This document shows, in pieces, positions 40,501 through 50,131 of a DNA stretch of 64,000 bases (positions within the stretch are counted from its first letter, which is position 1; every line of letters begins with the position of its first letter). Location: positions 1-64,000 of the forward strand of contig JBHLOC010000009.1 in assembly GCA_048940925.1 (NCBI GenBank), given 5' to 3'. Under the pieces are notes generated by a model, which made no database searches, was not told where the DNA came from, and was given only the letters and a program-made list of their open reading frames with translations. This DNA is from Promethearchaeota archaeon. GTDB taxonomy: Archaea; Asgardarchaeota; Lokiarchaeia; Sigyniarchaeales; SOKP01. A program made the translations under genes and the position numbers.

Positions 40501-40662
40501 ATGATGCTTGAACAAGTTATGCCCCATCCAAGTAGACCAGAACTTTATATAAACGAGGTTATTACCCCTCATAATGAGGTTAAGGAAAGCGACAAAATGG
40601 AAGTAAATCGTATTCTTTTAGAAGAAGTCGCTAAGAGAAGAAGTGTAAAAATGGTTCATTAA
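40501..40662 (+). CDS. Small hypothetical protein (53 aa), below ORF-track cutoff
   Basis: MMLEQVMPHPSRPELYINEVITPHNEVKESDKMEVNRILLEEVAKRRSVKMVH; TTTATAAA box about 25 nt upstream. Confidence 0.5.
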   Translation: MMLEQVMPHPSRPELYINEVITPHNEVKESDKMEVNRILLEEVAKRRSVKMVH

Positions 40663-40706
40663 ACTACTAATATTATGAGTGAAATACTAATTAGAAAAAA
40701 ATAGAA

Positions 40707-41732
40707 TTATAATTTTAGATCTATTTTTGTGCAAATTAACGGAACCAAGTATATAGCTATAAAACCTACAATAGCATATCTCACAAATCTATAAATAACA
40801 CTATCTATCTTTAATAAGTAATCAAGGGGCAAGAATACAGCGAATATAATTATTATACCGATGACAATATTTATTATTTTGATTTTATTATTCAGTTCTG
40901 ACGGATTATATTGAACAAATTCCTGTTCTAAGAGATATCCAATACCCAATCCTAATAATGCCCCACTAGTTTGGGCGAAAGCCCCTTCATCTCTATAAAG
41001 GAGGGGAGGATCAACTAAATTTAATCCTGCTGACGGAAACATTAATGTTCCAAAGAGAAATAGCCCCATACACACTCCAACAACTAGAATTATTTTTATG
41101 ACAAAAGATAGTTTATTGAATTGTTTAGAAAAAATCGGTTCTAGATAAATAAAAGCTAAAATAAAACCAATTCCAAATAATAGCCCTCCAATCACATCTT
41201 GAAGGTCATGGACTCCAATAATTAGTCTTGATATCGCAACAAGAAAGATTAGAGCAGAAAGGATGAGAGGCACAATAGAAATTGCTTTGTATTTATACTT
41301 ATCCTTAAATTCATAAGATATATATCCCCAAAAAGTTACAGCATTTTGAGAATGGGTTGAAGGAAATCCATATGATGTCTCTATTAACCCATAATCTTCT
41401 GTTGAATCTTCATTTGTAGTTGGTCGTGGATCTTTAAATATTTCTTTGATTAATCCACCTAAATAATATGAAAATAGTAGACTTAAACCCAGATTCTTAG
41501 CAAAAGACTTATTATAAGCTAAAAATAAGACCAATATGATGATAATGAATACAGTAGGATCGCCTAGATAAGTAATAATTCCAAATATAGTTCGAATTGT
41601 AGAATTTGAACTATAAAATTCTTCATTGAATCCAGTATAATACAAGATGATTCCAACAATCAGAATTGCTAATGCTGTAGCTCCAATGATCAATAATGCT
41701 CGTTTAGACAAAAAATTTTCTTTTTCAGACAT
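40707..41732 (-). CDS. PAP2 family membrane phosphatase
   Basis: K....RP, FPSTH, SR...GVH...D. Confidence 0.88.
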   Translation of the reverse strand: MSEKENFLSKRALLIIGATALAILIVGIILYYTGFNEEFYSSNSTIRTIFGIITYLGDPTVFIIIILVLFLAYNKSFAKNLGLSLLFSYYLGGLIKEIFKDPRPTTNEDSTEDYGLIETSYGFPSTHSQNAVTFWGYISYEFKDKYKYKAISIVPLILSALIFLVAISRLIIGVHDLQDVIGGLLFGIGFILAFIYLEPIFSKQFNKLSFVIKIILVVGVCMGLFLFGTLMFPSAGLNLVDPPLLYRDEGAFAQTSGALLGLGIGYLLEQEFVQYNPSELNNKIKIINIVIGIIIIFAVFLPLDYLLKIDSVIYRFVRYAIVGFIAIYLVPLICTKIDLKL

Positions 41733-41887
41733 TTTTGCTTTAAATAGAGAATTAAGTTAAAAATTTATACATCATAAAAATTAATAAATGTTTTGATTAC
41801 TGCATAATATCAACTAAGTTATGGATTACAAAATTTAGGAAAAAATTCACTAAAGTTATATTAACTGAAAACAACTAAGAAGATTAG

Positions 41888-42547
41888 TTAATCAATCCTG
41901 ATATTTGTGTGCTTTTCATCAATCTTTTTCAAGCGAACTTCTAAAATACCATTAGTATACCGAGCTTTGGCGACATCTGAGTTAATTGCAGATGATAATT
42001 CAATTTCTTTGTAATAGTGTCTATTAGCATTCTCTCCTGTTGATATAATTAAACTATGGGTAGTTGCTTTTAATTCAATATCATTTCTATCTACACCTGG
42101 CATTTCAGCGATAATTAATATATGATCCTTTTCTTCATCAACTTCAATCAAGGGTTCTCTTTTTGATTTGACAACAGGTTCACCAGAATAAGGTTTTGGC
42201 TCAATATTACCAAAAGAATCTATTCTTGGTTTTCCATCTTTGCCAATATTTATATTAAATCCATACATTATTGGAAAACCAAATTTTGATTGATTCTTCC
42301 TGAATTCTTTCATAAGATCTTCGGGGGATAACTTTTGAAAATCAGGAGGTAAATTTTTTGAAATTTTGTCAAAAATCTCTTTAAATAATCGTCTGAATTC
42401 CTTAGATCCAAATAGCTTATTTGGATCTATCACAAATTTATTTGGATCAGAAAAAAATTTCGCGGGATCCTCAAAATATTTGAAAAAATCAAAAGGATCT
42501 TTTGTTTCATCATCTTCATCGTCTTTGTTTTCACTATTTTTAGGCAT
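41888..42547 (-). CDS. hsp20: Archaeal small heat-shock protein Hsp20
   Basis: YGF.I.IG.DGKP, REPL, AEMPGV, A.Y.NGILEV alpha-crystallin motifs. Confidence 0.9.
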   Translation of the reverse strand: MPKNSENKDDEDDETKDPFDFFKYFEDPAKFFSDPNKFVIDPNKLFGSKEFRRLFKEIFDKISKNLPPDFQKLSPEDLMKEFRKNQSKFGFPIMYGFNINIGKDGKPRIDSFGNIEPKPYSGEPVVKSKREPLIEVDEEKDHILIIAEMPGVDRNDIELKATTHSLIISTGENANRHYYKEIELSSAINSDVAKARYTNGILEVRLKKIDEKHTNIRID

Positions 42548-42769
42548 AGAATCAGTCTTAACAAAATATTTGATTTATTTAATTTCAATTAAATTTAATA
42601 ACTTAAATTTTTAATTTAATATTATAATAGCTAAAAATTAAATAGCTTATATACTAGAAAAAATTGTTTAGATTAATAAATTTATTCTACATAAAGAGTT
42701 AATTATCAAAAATTAAAAGTTATTGAGGAGATTAAAATATACTCAGAGCTTAGTGATGACGATAAGAAT

Positions 42770-44539
42770 ATGTATCTTGATGTGCTACGTGAAGCACCAA
42801 TAATGCCCTTTTCTAATTTTGTATCTCGTGGAGATCTCCCCGATAAGATAGATGTGGCGAGACCAAGAGCTTTCATAGATCGTGAAGTTTATAGGTTAGC
42901 ACGTCAAACTTATAAAGACCGAAGTGCGAGACTTATTCCAATATTAGGATCTGCTGGTTCAGGTAAAACTCATGCATACCATTCTTTTAAAGATAAAGAA
43001 AGAGAGAATAGAATGAAATTAGCAGAATCTACAGAAGCACAAGAAATAGATGTAAGCAAATTGGAACCCATAGATTGGAGTATCATTTATGTTCCCAGCC
43101 CACCTGCAAGTATTCGTGTTTTACTTCATGTATATACCTGTATCATTGAGGAACTTGGTGCTGAATTACTCGATATTGTGTCAGAAAAGTTAGTTAAAAA
43201 ATGGGCTGGAGAAAAGAAGGGAATATTCCAAAAAGCAAAAGCTGAAGAAGTAATCCAGATGGGAATAAGAGAATTTCCAGGTGTATTTGCTGATTGTGTA
43301 AAAGCATTGGTAACTTATCAGTTAGATAAAAATAAGAAAGCATTAGCAGAAAGATGGCTTCTTGGAGAAGATTTAGAAGATGTTGAATTAGAAGAGCTAG
43401 GAATTAATTCAGTCCTCGAAGATGATGATGTATGCTTAGCATTAATTAAAATTATTACTGAGAATTTAGATCGAGTTCTAATTCTTTATTTTGACGAATT
43501 AGAATCTCCATACAGATACTTGGGAGAAGCAGCAGAAAGAAAATTCTTAGAAATCTTAAAACGATTGTATAATGAAGTCAAAGGGCTTGTAATTACGATT
43601 GCAGTTTTAAAAGAGATTTGGCCAAGAATCATTGAGATTGCTGATGCCCCTCTAAGATCAAGAATGGAACCTGAGCAAGAATTAAAACCTTTTAGTTTAA
43701 ATGATCTAAAAATATTTTTCTCAAAATCTATGGAATCCTTCTGGGATGATAATAATTTGAATCCTCCACTTTACCCACTATTTCCGTTAAATGAAAAGCT
43801 TATTGAAATGATTTTTGAAAAGACTAAAGGAAATCCAAGAAATTCAATTAAACTATGTAGAAGGTTTATTGATAAAGTTGTAATGGAAGAGATGACTATT
43901 GATCAACTTATGGAAGTTGGTTCTGAAATTGTCGCAACAGCTAAACCAGCATCTGAAATTGAAGAAGAAGTTATAGATTTCTCAAAACCTAGGGAAGTTA
44001 TTAAAAAGACTATTGAAGATATCCTAGCTGAAGAAGAATATTCAATTGAAGTCAATCCTCAGTCCGTAGCAGGAGCTACTTTAAAATGTATTAGTATGGT
44101 AGGGGAGGAGAAAAAGAAAAAGTTCAAAACTCAAATGGAATTCAAATTCAAGCTTGGTAAAAGATCTCAAACTTTAGCTGCATTAATAGAAGCTGAAGGA
44201 AAAAAATGGGGTTTAGAGATCCCATCTATAAAAACTTTCGATCGGAGTGCTGGTGTTGCTGGATATTATGCAGCAAAACGTTTGAAAGATGCTCTCGATC
44301 AACAAGCAATAGATAAAGCATTATTAATTGTTCCTGAGGGTAGTAAAGGTGCGAAATTTGAAAGTATTTTGAAGAATAACCCAAATATTCATAAAATAGA
44401 GCTTAATAATGACACGGGAGAAAAATTGATAGAAAATGCATTAAAACATCCAACGAAGGAAGGTTGGGAAATCACTCGGGTTATTTTCCCTGATATTGGA
44501 GACTATATAGAACCTATCGTTGAAGAAACTAAAGATTAA
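42770..44539 (+). CDS. P-loop AAA+-like ATPase with uncharacterised C-terminal domain
   Basis: Walker A GSAGSGKTH, Walker B LYFDELE, SR, GNPR. Confidence 0.8.
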   Translation: MYLDVLREAPIMPFSNFVSRGDLPDKIDVARPRAFIDREVYRLARQTYKDRSARLIPILGSAGSGKTHAYHSFKDKERENRMKLAESTEAQEIDVSKLEPIDWSIIYVPSPPASIRVLLHVYTCIIEELGAELLDIVSEKLVKKWAGEKKGIFQKAKAEEVIQMGIREFPGVFADCVKALVTYQLDKNKKALAERWLLGEDLEDVELEELGINSVLEDDDVCLALIKIITENLDRVLILYFDELESPYRYLGEAAERKFLEILKRLYNEVKGLVITIAVLKEIWPRIIEIADAPLRSRMEPEQELKPFSLNDLKIFFSKSMESFWDDNNLNPPLYPLFPLNEKLIEMIFEKTKGNPRNSIKLCRRFIDKVVMEEMTIDQLMEVGSEIVATAKPASEIEEEVIDFSKPREVIKKTIEDILAEEEYSIEVNPQSVAGATLKCISMVGEEKKKKFKTQMEFKFKLGKRSQTLAALIEAEGKKWGLEIPSIKTFDRSAGVAGYYAAKRLKDALDQQAIDKALLIVPEGSKGAKFESILKNNPNIHKIELNNDTGEKLIENALKHPTKEGWEITRVIFPDIGDYIEPIVEETKD

Positions 44540-44555
44540 GAATTATAAAATTAAA

Positions 44556-45479
44556 TTAGATATTTTCAAAAAATTCTTTTATTTTATTTTCTAATCCAAA
44601 AAGATCTTTTCCTAAGCGAGAAGCTCTGTGTATATTGTTTTTTATTTTTGTCAAATCCTCAATTAATTCAGGCTCTTCAAAATTGTCTGAAATTTCTATT
44701 AATCTATCGAATGGTTCAATTAATTGAGTATATATATCTAATTTTTCACCAAAAAATTCATTAAATAATTTTGCAATTTCTTTATAAAGACTCTCTCGTT
44801 CTTTTAATAATTCAGGGAACCTTCCAACTTGTTCTCCCTTATTTTGTAAAAATGAAGCAATTTCTTCTTCTTGAATAAGCAGTGCTAATTCTGCAGCCTT
44901 TTGGAAGCTCTTTTTTGCTTTTCTATAAAAGGTATCTTTCAGAAATTGATCTGCGATCTTTACTTCAGCTGCAAGTTTTAGAGGAATATCTTCTCCTAAG
45001 TCTATCAATTCTCTTGCTTCTTGAAGCTGTCCATCGTCAAGCATCTTTTTAGTTCTCTCATTCAAAATATCCTTTATAATTTCTGGCTCTTGTAATTTTT
45101 GAATTAAACTTAATATTGTATTCAAGCTATTTTTTAAAATATCATTCATTTTTTTTTTATCAGTAGAAAAACCTTGAATAACCTTTTCTTCAACATTTTC
45201 AAAGATACTTTTTAATGAGATAAGGTCTTCTTCCTCCTGTAGTATAAAACTTATATAAAGATTTTCTTTATCAATAGGTTCAGCATTAAGTTTACTCGAA
45301 TAATAACGATTATTATCTTTACGAATGGTTACAGTTAAAGAATCTTTTTTTACATGTTTTTCAGAAAATTCCTTTAAAATAGCAGGTGGTATTTTTTCAT
45401 CTTGTTTTAAATAATACTCAGCTAATATATTGGGCCCAAATGATTGATCAATTTCATATAGAATTATTGCACGTGGCAT
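44556..45479 (-). CDS. Longin/uDENN-like domain + helical (TPR/MIT-like) protein
   Basis: N-terminal IILYEIDQSFGPNI (h-D-x3-G-P pattern), beta-rich then helical; all-helical C-terminus. Confidence 0.6.
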   Translation of the reverse strand: MPRAIILYEIDQSFGPNILAEYYLKQDEKIPPAILKEFSEKHVKKDSLTVTIRKDNNRYYSSKLNAEPIDKENLYISFILQEEEDLISLKSIFENVEEKVIQGFSTDKKKMNDILKNSLNTILSLIQKLQEPEIIKDILNERTKKMLDDGQLQEARELIDLGEDIPLKLAAEVKIADQFLKDTFYRKAKKSFQKAAELALLIQEEEIASFLQNKGEQVGRFPELLKERESLYKEIAKLFNEFFGEKLDIYTQLIEPFDRLIEISDNFEEPELIEDLTKIKNNIHRASRLGKDLFGLENKIKEFFENI

Positions 45480-45633
45480 TTTATTATAGCTCTGTTAATA
45501 AATTTTTAGTGATTAATTTATATATTATAGAGTTAATAAGGTTTTGATTTTAAATTTTTATTCCATCTAGATGATTAAGGTCACATATATATAAATAAAG
45601 TAGAAATTAAGTAAAAAAGTAAGGGAGGACCTT

Positions 45634-46551
45634 ATGGTTATTATAGAGGATACATTTTGCGAAGCTTTTGAAGGTCTTTGTTGCCAATTGATGGTAACTG
45701 CTCAAGATAGCGAATTGTTGAATAGAGCAGCTAATGCATTTACTGCTTTACCCTCAACTGTGTTTGGAGATGCTGAAGGAGGTATTGTTAGATGGCTAAC
45801 TGAAAAAGAAACATTCGATGGAAGATTAGGGGCAATAGTTCAATTATGGGTCACAGGAACAGGAAAGAAATCCACATTAAAATTATATGATCAATTAGGT
45901 AAACGGATAAGGCAAGGTATCCTTGTCGTTCCTACGACAGCTGTTTTTAACTACTATCCATATAAATCTGAAATGAATTTTAACATGATGAATAATGTCG
46001 GCCATTGTGGAGATGGTTATGAAGAGATTGTTGAAAAATTTCAAAAAAAAATGATTTCAGTACCTATTATGATGGGATATGATTTTTTAATAGAAGAAGA
46101 AATTTCCTATGCTAAGGGTGTGATGGGGGGGAACTTATGGTTGTATTGTGATTCTGTGAAATCTGGAATTAAAGTAGGCAGAGAAACTGTTAAAATTATT
46201 GCTGAAATTGATGATGTTTGCACACCTTTCGAAGTATGTTCAGCAGGTTCCAAACCGGAAACAAAATTTCCTGAAATAGGTCCATCGACCAATCATCCAT
46301 TCTGTCCTACATTGAAATCTAAACTCGCACCAGAAGATTTTAAAGTCCCTGAAGGTGTTTTATCTATTCCAGAAATAGTATTCAATGCTTTAGATCTTAA
46401 AACAATTGAAAAAACGATGTTAAGAGTAATTGAGAGAATTATTGATTTAGAGGGTTTAATCAAAATATCCTCTGGAAATTATGGAGGAAAATTAGGTAAA
46501 TATAAAATATATTTGCGAGAACTAGGTTTAAAAGAAAATTATTTTTCTTAA
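45634..46551 (+). CDS. ftr: Formylmethanofuran:tetrahydromethanopterin formyltransferase
   Basis: IEDTFCEAF, EGGI, DGR.G, PTTAVFN, GDGYE, GGN, SAGSK, STNH..CP, EIV, GNYGGKLG. Confidence 0.92.
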   Translation: MVIIEDTFCEAFEGLCCQLMVTAQDSELLNRAANAFTALPSTVFGDAEGGIVRWLTEKETFDGRLGAIVQLWVTGTGKKSTLKLYDQLGKRIRQGILVVPTTAVFNYYPYKSEMNFNMMNNVGHCGDGYEEIVEKFQKKMISVPIMMGYDFLIEEEISYAKGVMGGNLWLYCDSVKSGIKVGRETVKIIAEIDDVCTPFEVCSAGSKPETKFPEIGPSTNHPFCPTLKSKLAPEDFKVPEGVLSIPEIVFNALDLKTIEKTMLRVIERIIDLEGLIKISSGNYGGKLGKYKIYLRELGLKENYFS

Positions 46552-46564
46552 AATTAAATTTTTA

Positions 46565-47224
46565 TTACCTTTTTAATTTCTCTAGCTTTTGAAGTTGTTC
46601 TTTAGAATAGATTTTCCCATAATTTTTTGAAAAGATCTTTCTAATTTTTTCTAATGGTACGTCAGTATAGATACCCCAATCTTTAGCATACTCCACGAAT
46701 AAATTCCCTTCATTATCATAAGGAGCTAAAAGGGCATCATTTTCTCCATCATATTCTACTAACGGAACATAACCTGCTTTAATTGCTGTTTCTTTATCAA
46801 AAACAGGAGTTAGCTTTTTCCATTTACCCTCAATATATAATTCACTATAACCATGACAATGAAATGTTCTAGTCCCCATTAATTCTTCGATCCAACTAGG
46901 AATTTTATGATTTATAATATCTATCATGTGGATTCTTGCAGGAATGCCAACTGCTCTAGAAAAAGTAGCTAATAATACAGCTTTTGACATACAGAAGCCA
47001 TTACTTCTGCGTAAGGTAACAGAAGCTTTAAGATTTGCCCTATTACTTGGATTATATGTATACATATTATACTTTATATTATCTCTAACCCAGTAAAAGA
47101 GTGCAATTGCTTTTTCTTTATCAGATTTCAATCCATTGATTATCTCCAAGGCTTTGTCTCTAACTGTTTTTTTATCAAAATCAAGGAATTCAGTTGGTTG
47201 GAGATATTCCTTCATTGAGTCCAT
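46565..47224 (-). CDS. Transglutaminase-like protein
   Basis: YL.PT..D, VRD.I.Y, GFCMSKA, GIPAR, HGYSE. Confidence 0.85.
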   Translation of the reverse strand: MDSMKEYLQPTEFLDFDKKTVRDKALEIINGLKSDKEKAIALFYWVRDNIKYNMYTYNPSNRANLKASVTLRRSNGFCMSKAVLLATFSRAVGIPARIHMIDIINHKIPSWIEELMGTRTFHCHGYSELYIEGKWKKLTPVFDKETAIKAGYVPLVEYDGENDALLAPYDNEGNLFVEYAKDWGIYTDVPLEKIRKIFSKNYGKIYSKEQLQKLEKLKR

Positions 47225-47374
47225 AACTAAAAAAAAAATAGATCATTTTATAATATTTCTCTTAAAAAAAATTATTCAGATCTCTATTTTATTGTTTATA
47301 ACATAAATATAAATTTTAATAATTCAATTATACCTTAAAATTGAGATTTAAATTATAATAAATCTGAGAATACT

Positions 47375-49033
47375 TTGGAAGCTTTAATACTTAGTCGATT
47401 TGACCCATTTTATGGTCCAAAAATCTTTTTGAAAGCACCTAAGTCATTAGAGGATGAAATTATAAATGAAATCCCTTCATTAATGGAACTCCAAACAAAA
47501 GGAATTTTTATTCATATATTTAAAAAAATTAAGGCAGCAAATTTATTCTTTAAATTACCTAATGAGCATGCAAGGGGTGGAAATGAAAGTTTAATGATAA
47601 GTATTATAACTGACCTTAAAAGTAATATATCATTGATGTTAGCTCATGACCTTCTTGAAAGTTTTGCGCGAAATCTAACAAATTTAGAAGGAATTTATTT
47701 AGCTTTTGATAATAAAGTTAAAGATGTCCAGAGTGATCCTATAAAATTGAAAGAAATCGAAAAATACTTCTTCTCATATTTTGAATCTATTAAACCTGCT
47801 CTTAGAACTATAAGAATGGCTGAAAATCGTTATCAAGCTCTATTTAAAGCTGCTAAAGATGCAATTGTTATTATAAATCGTAAAAATGGAATGATTGTTG
47901 ATGCTAACTTAGAAACTGAAAAATTAATCGAACAATCTAGAGAAGAAATAATTGGACTCCATGCGCTTAAACTTGAATTATTTGATGAAGGTTTAATTGA
48001 TCCATCTATGATTGATTATTTGATTGATAATCCACCTCCAATAATTTCAAGGATAAAAAAGTCAACTGGTAAGAAGTTATATTTAGAAGTTAGTGTTAAT
48101 GAAATTAAATTAGGAGATGAGCATTTTATTCAGTATATGTTTCATGATATTACTGATCTTCAAGTAATAGAGGAGAAACTTAAGGATCAAGTTAAAAAAA
48201 TGGATATATTAAATACAATCATCAGTATTGCGAACCATGCTAATAATTTACGAGAGTTATTAACTGATATCCTTGATAATTCTATAGAATTATTTGATCT
48301 TAAAGGATGTTGTATATATTTGGTCGAAAAAGCTGGAAAGCTCGCTAGAGTAAAAGTTCACAAGGGATTTCCTCCCTATTTTATCCAACAAAATAATAGA
48401 TTAGATATAACAAAAAATCCTTATGAAATAGTCTTTAATAAAGGTGTTGTACTTAATAATAAAAATTTTCCGGAATTATTAGACCAATTCTTTGAAGGAA
48501 TTGAGTTTAGTTCGGCTGCTGTACTCCCTCTATTTTCAAAATTCGAAATTATTGGTGCTGTATTTATGATTTTTAATGGTAACAAAATACTTAGCTCTGA
48601 AGAGATGGAATTAATTATTTCTTTGGGTATGGAATTAGGTACAGCGATAGAACGTATCCAAAATAAAGAAGAATTACGACGAAGTGAAATAAGGAATAAT
48701 ATTCTTCTTAATCATATTCCATTTTCGATTTTTAAAATTTCGAAAAATGGAATCTTTTTAGATATTAAATTAGATAAAAATATCAAACAAATTATTGAAC
48801 AGACATTTACAACCACAGAATTTATAGGGAAAAATATAAATGATTTCCTACCAAAAGAAACCGCGGAGGAGACCCAAAACAATATTGAAAAAGCACTTAA
48901 AATAAATAAATCAATCGAAATGAAGTTTGTTTTGCCGATAAATGACAATCAAATTATTTTTAAATCTAATATCGTTCCCTTAGAAAATAAAGAAGTTTTG
49001 GTATTTCTACAAAATTTAACAAGAACCTGGTAA
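47375..49033 (+). CDS. Longin/uDENN-PAS-GAF-PAS sensor protein (no kinase domain)
   Basis: N-terminal FDPFYGPKI...HARGGNESLMIS; PAS (RYQALF..A.DAI...DAN...EIIG...HDIT); GAF (LPL....IIG...EMELI..LG..AIE); second PAS to the C-terminus. Confidence 0.8.
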   Translation: MEALILSRFDPFYGPKIFLKAPKSLEDEIINEIPSLMELQTKGIFIHIFKKIKAANLFFKLPNEHARGGNESLMISIITDLKSNISLMLAHDLLESFARNLTNLEGIYLAFDNKVKDVQSDPIKLKEIEKYFFSYFESIKPALRTIRMAENRYQALFKAAKDAIVIINRKNGMIVDANLETEKLIEQSREEIIGLHALKLELFDEGLIDPSMIDYLIDNPPPIISRIKKSTGKKLYLEVSVNEIKLGDEHFIQYMFHDITDLQVIEEKLKDQVKKMDILNTIISIANHANNLRELLTDILDNSIELFDLKGCCIYLVEKAGKLARVKVHKGFPPYFIQQNNRLDITKNPYEIVFNKGVVLNNKNFPELLDQFFEGIEFSSAAVLPLFSKFEIIGAVFMIFNGNKILSSEEMELIISLGMELGTAIERIQNKEELRRSEIRNNILLNHIPFSIFKISKNGIFLDIKLDKNIKQIIEQTFTTTEFIGKNINDFLPKETAEETQNNIEKALKINKSIEMKFVLPINDNQIIFKSNIVPLENKEVLVFLQNLTRTW

Positions 49034-49054
49034 GGTTACAAAGACATACTATTA

Positions 49055-50104
49055 CTAGTCACTAAGTTTTGTTAACATTTCCTGAATTTTTTTACTCTTA
49101 TTTTGAAATTCAAACGCAAGAGAATCATCACCTAAATGAAGACACAAATTACTTATTTTTTCAAATATTTCAATAGTACTTTCAAAATCTCCTTGCTGTA
49201 ATGCGTCTTCAAGTTTATCCATTAAAATATCTCTTTCAAATATAGGTTGTAATAATGGTGATACTCCAGCATCCATATCTAGGAGATCAGCTATAATACG
49301 TATCATTTTAGGGCGATTATTTGGATCAATAGCCACAAAAGAATATGTCTTATGCCCCAATAATCTTTCAATATCTTCAACTTTCATTGCATTAGGTAAA
49401 TCTTGTTTATTCCCAATGACTGCTAAACGAGCAGTAGGAACAACTTTATTAACTAATTCAAAAAAATACCTACTCTTCTCAAGATTTCCTAAAGAGGAAT
49501 CTGTTATTAGTAATACAGCATCACTTCCTCTGATAAATTTCTCCCAGAGAAAATCGAATTGGTCTTGACCTGCGAAATCCCATAAAAAGAAGAAAAGTTT
49601 ACCAATTTTAATAGTTGCAACCTCACCCGTTATTGTAGGAATATGTTGCATAGGAATTTCTTCAGACTTTATTAATTTAGTGGTGGTGGTTTTTCCTACT
49701 CCTGAAAAGCCTACTAATGAAATTTTAGGTTTTAAATTTCTGTGAACGTTATCAACAATTGGATCCAATATATCACTTAATATTTCGAAATTATCATCTT
49801 TAATATTATCTCCATAAAACTCTAAAAATTCAGTTTTAAATTTTTTTAATTGTGGTTTTATATCATCAAAATTGTCACCTAGGCCTGAAACAAAGAGTAA
49901 AATCATGTTTAAATTCTGATCAGCAATATATGAAAGCTTATATTTAAAAAACTCGTATGAGCCTGCCTCTTCTCCAAATTTCGAAAATGCTGCTTTTTTG
50001 ATTATTTGATACACATTTGAAAAAAGATTACTGTCTAAACCCTTAGCATAACTCCTTTGATATGCTATTGAATCATTTATAACTATAAAAATTTGTCGCA
50101 ACAT
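49055..50104 (-). CDS. Arf-like small GTPase with N-terminal longin-like domain and C-terminal helical bundle
   Basis: G1 GFSGVGKTT, PTI, WDFAGQ, NKQD. Confidence 0.88.
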   Translation of the reverse strand: MLRQIFIVINDSIAYQRSYAKGLDSNLFSNVYQIIKKAAFSKFGEEAGSYEFFKYKLSYIADQNLNMILLFVSGLGDNFDDIKPQLKKFKTEFLEFYGDNIKDDNFEILSDILDPIVDNVHRNLKPKISLVGFSGVGKTTTTKLIKSEEIPMQHIPTITGEVATIKIGKLFFFLWDFAGQDQFDFLWEKFIRGSDAVLLITDSSLGNLEKSRYFFELVNKVVPTARLAVIGNKQDLPNAMKVEDIERLLGHKTYSFVAIDPNNRPKMIRIIADLLDMDAGVSPLLQPIFERDILMDKLEDALQQGDFESTIEIFEKISNLCLHLGDDSLAFEFQNKSKKIQEMLTKLSD

Positions 50105-50131
50105 TTTGAATAATTTGTTATCATTTTAGTC

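Noticed and set aside
42770-44539. BREX or other defence island around the ATPase
   Set aside because: No PglX, PglZ, helicase or nuclease neighbours; flanked by housekeeping genes
39971-46551. Methanogenesis implied by ftr, the marker-9 domain and MttB
   Set aside because: No mcr or mtr genes here; ftr and F420 proteins also serve the archaeal Wood-Ljungdahl pathway
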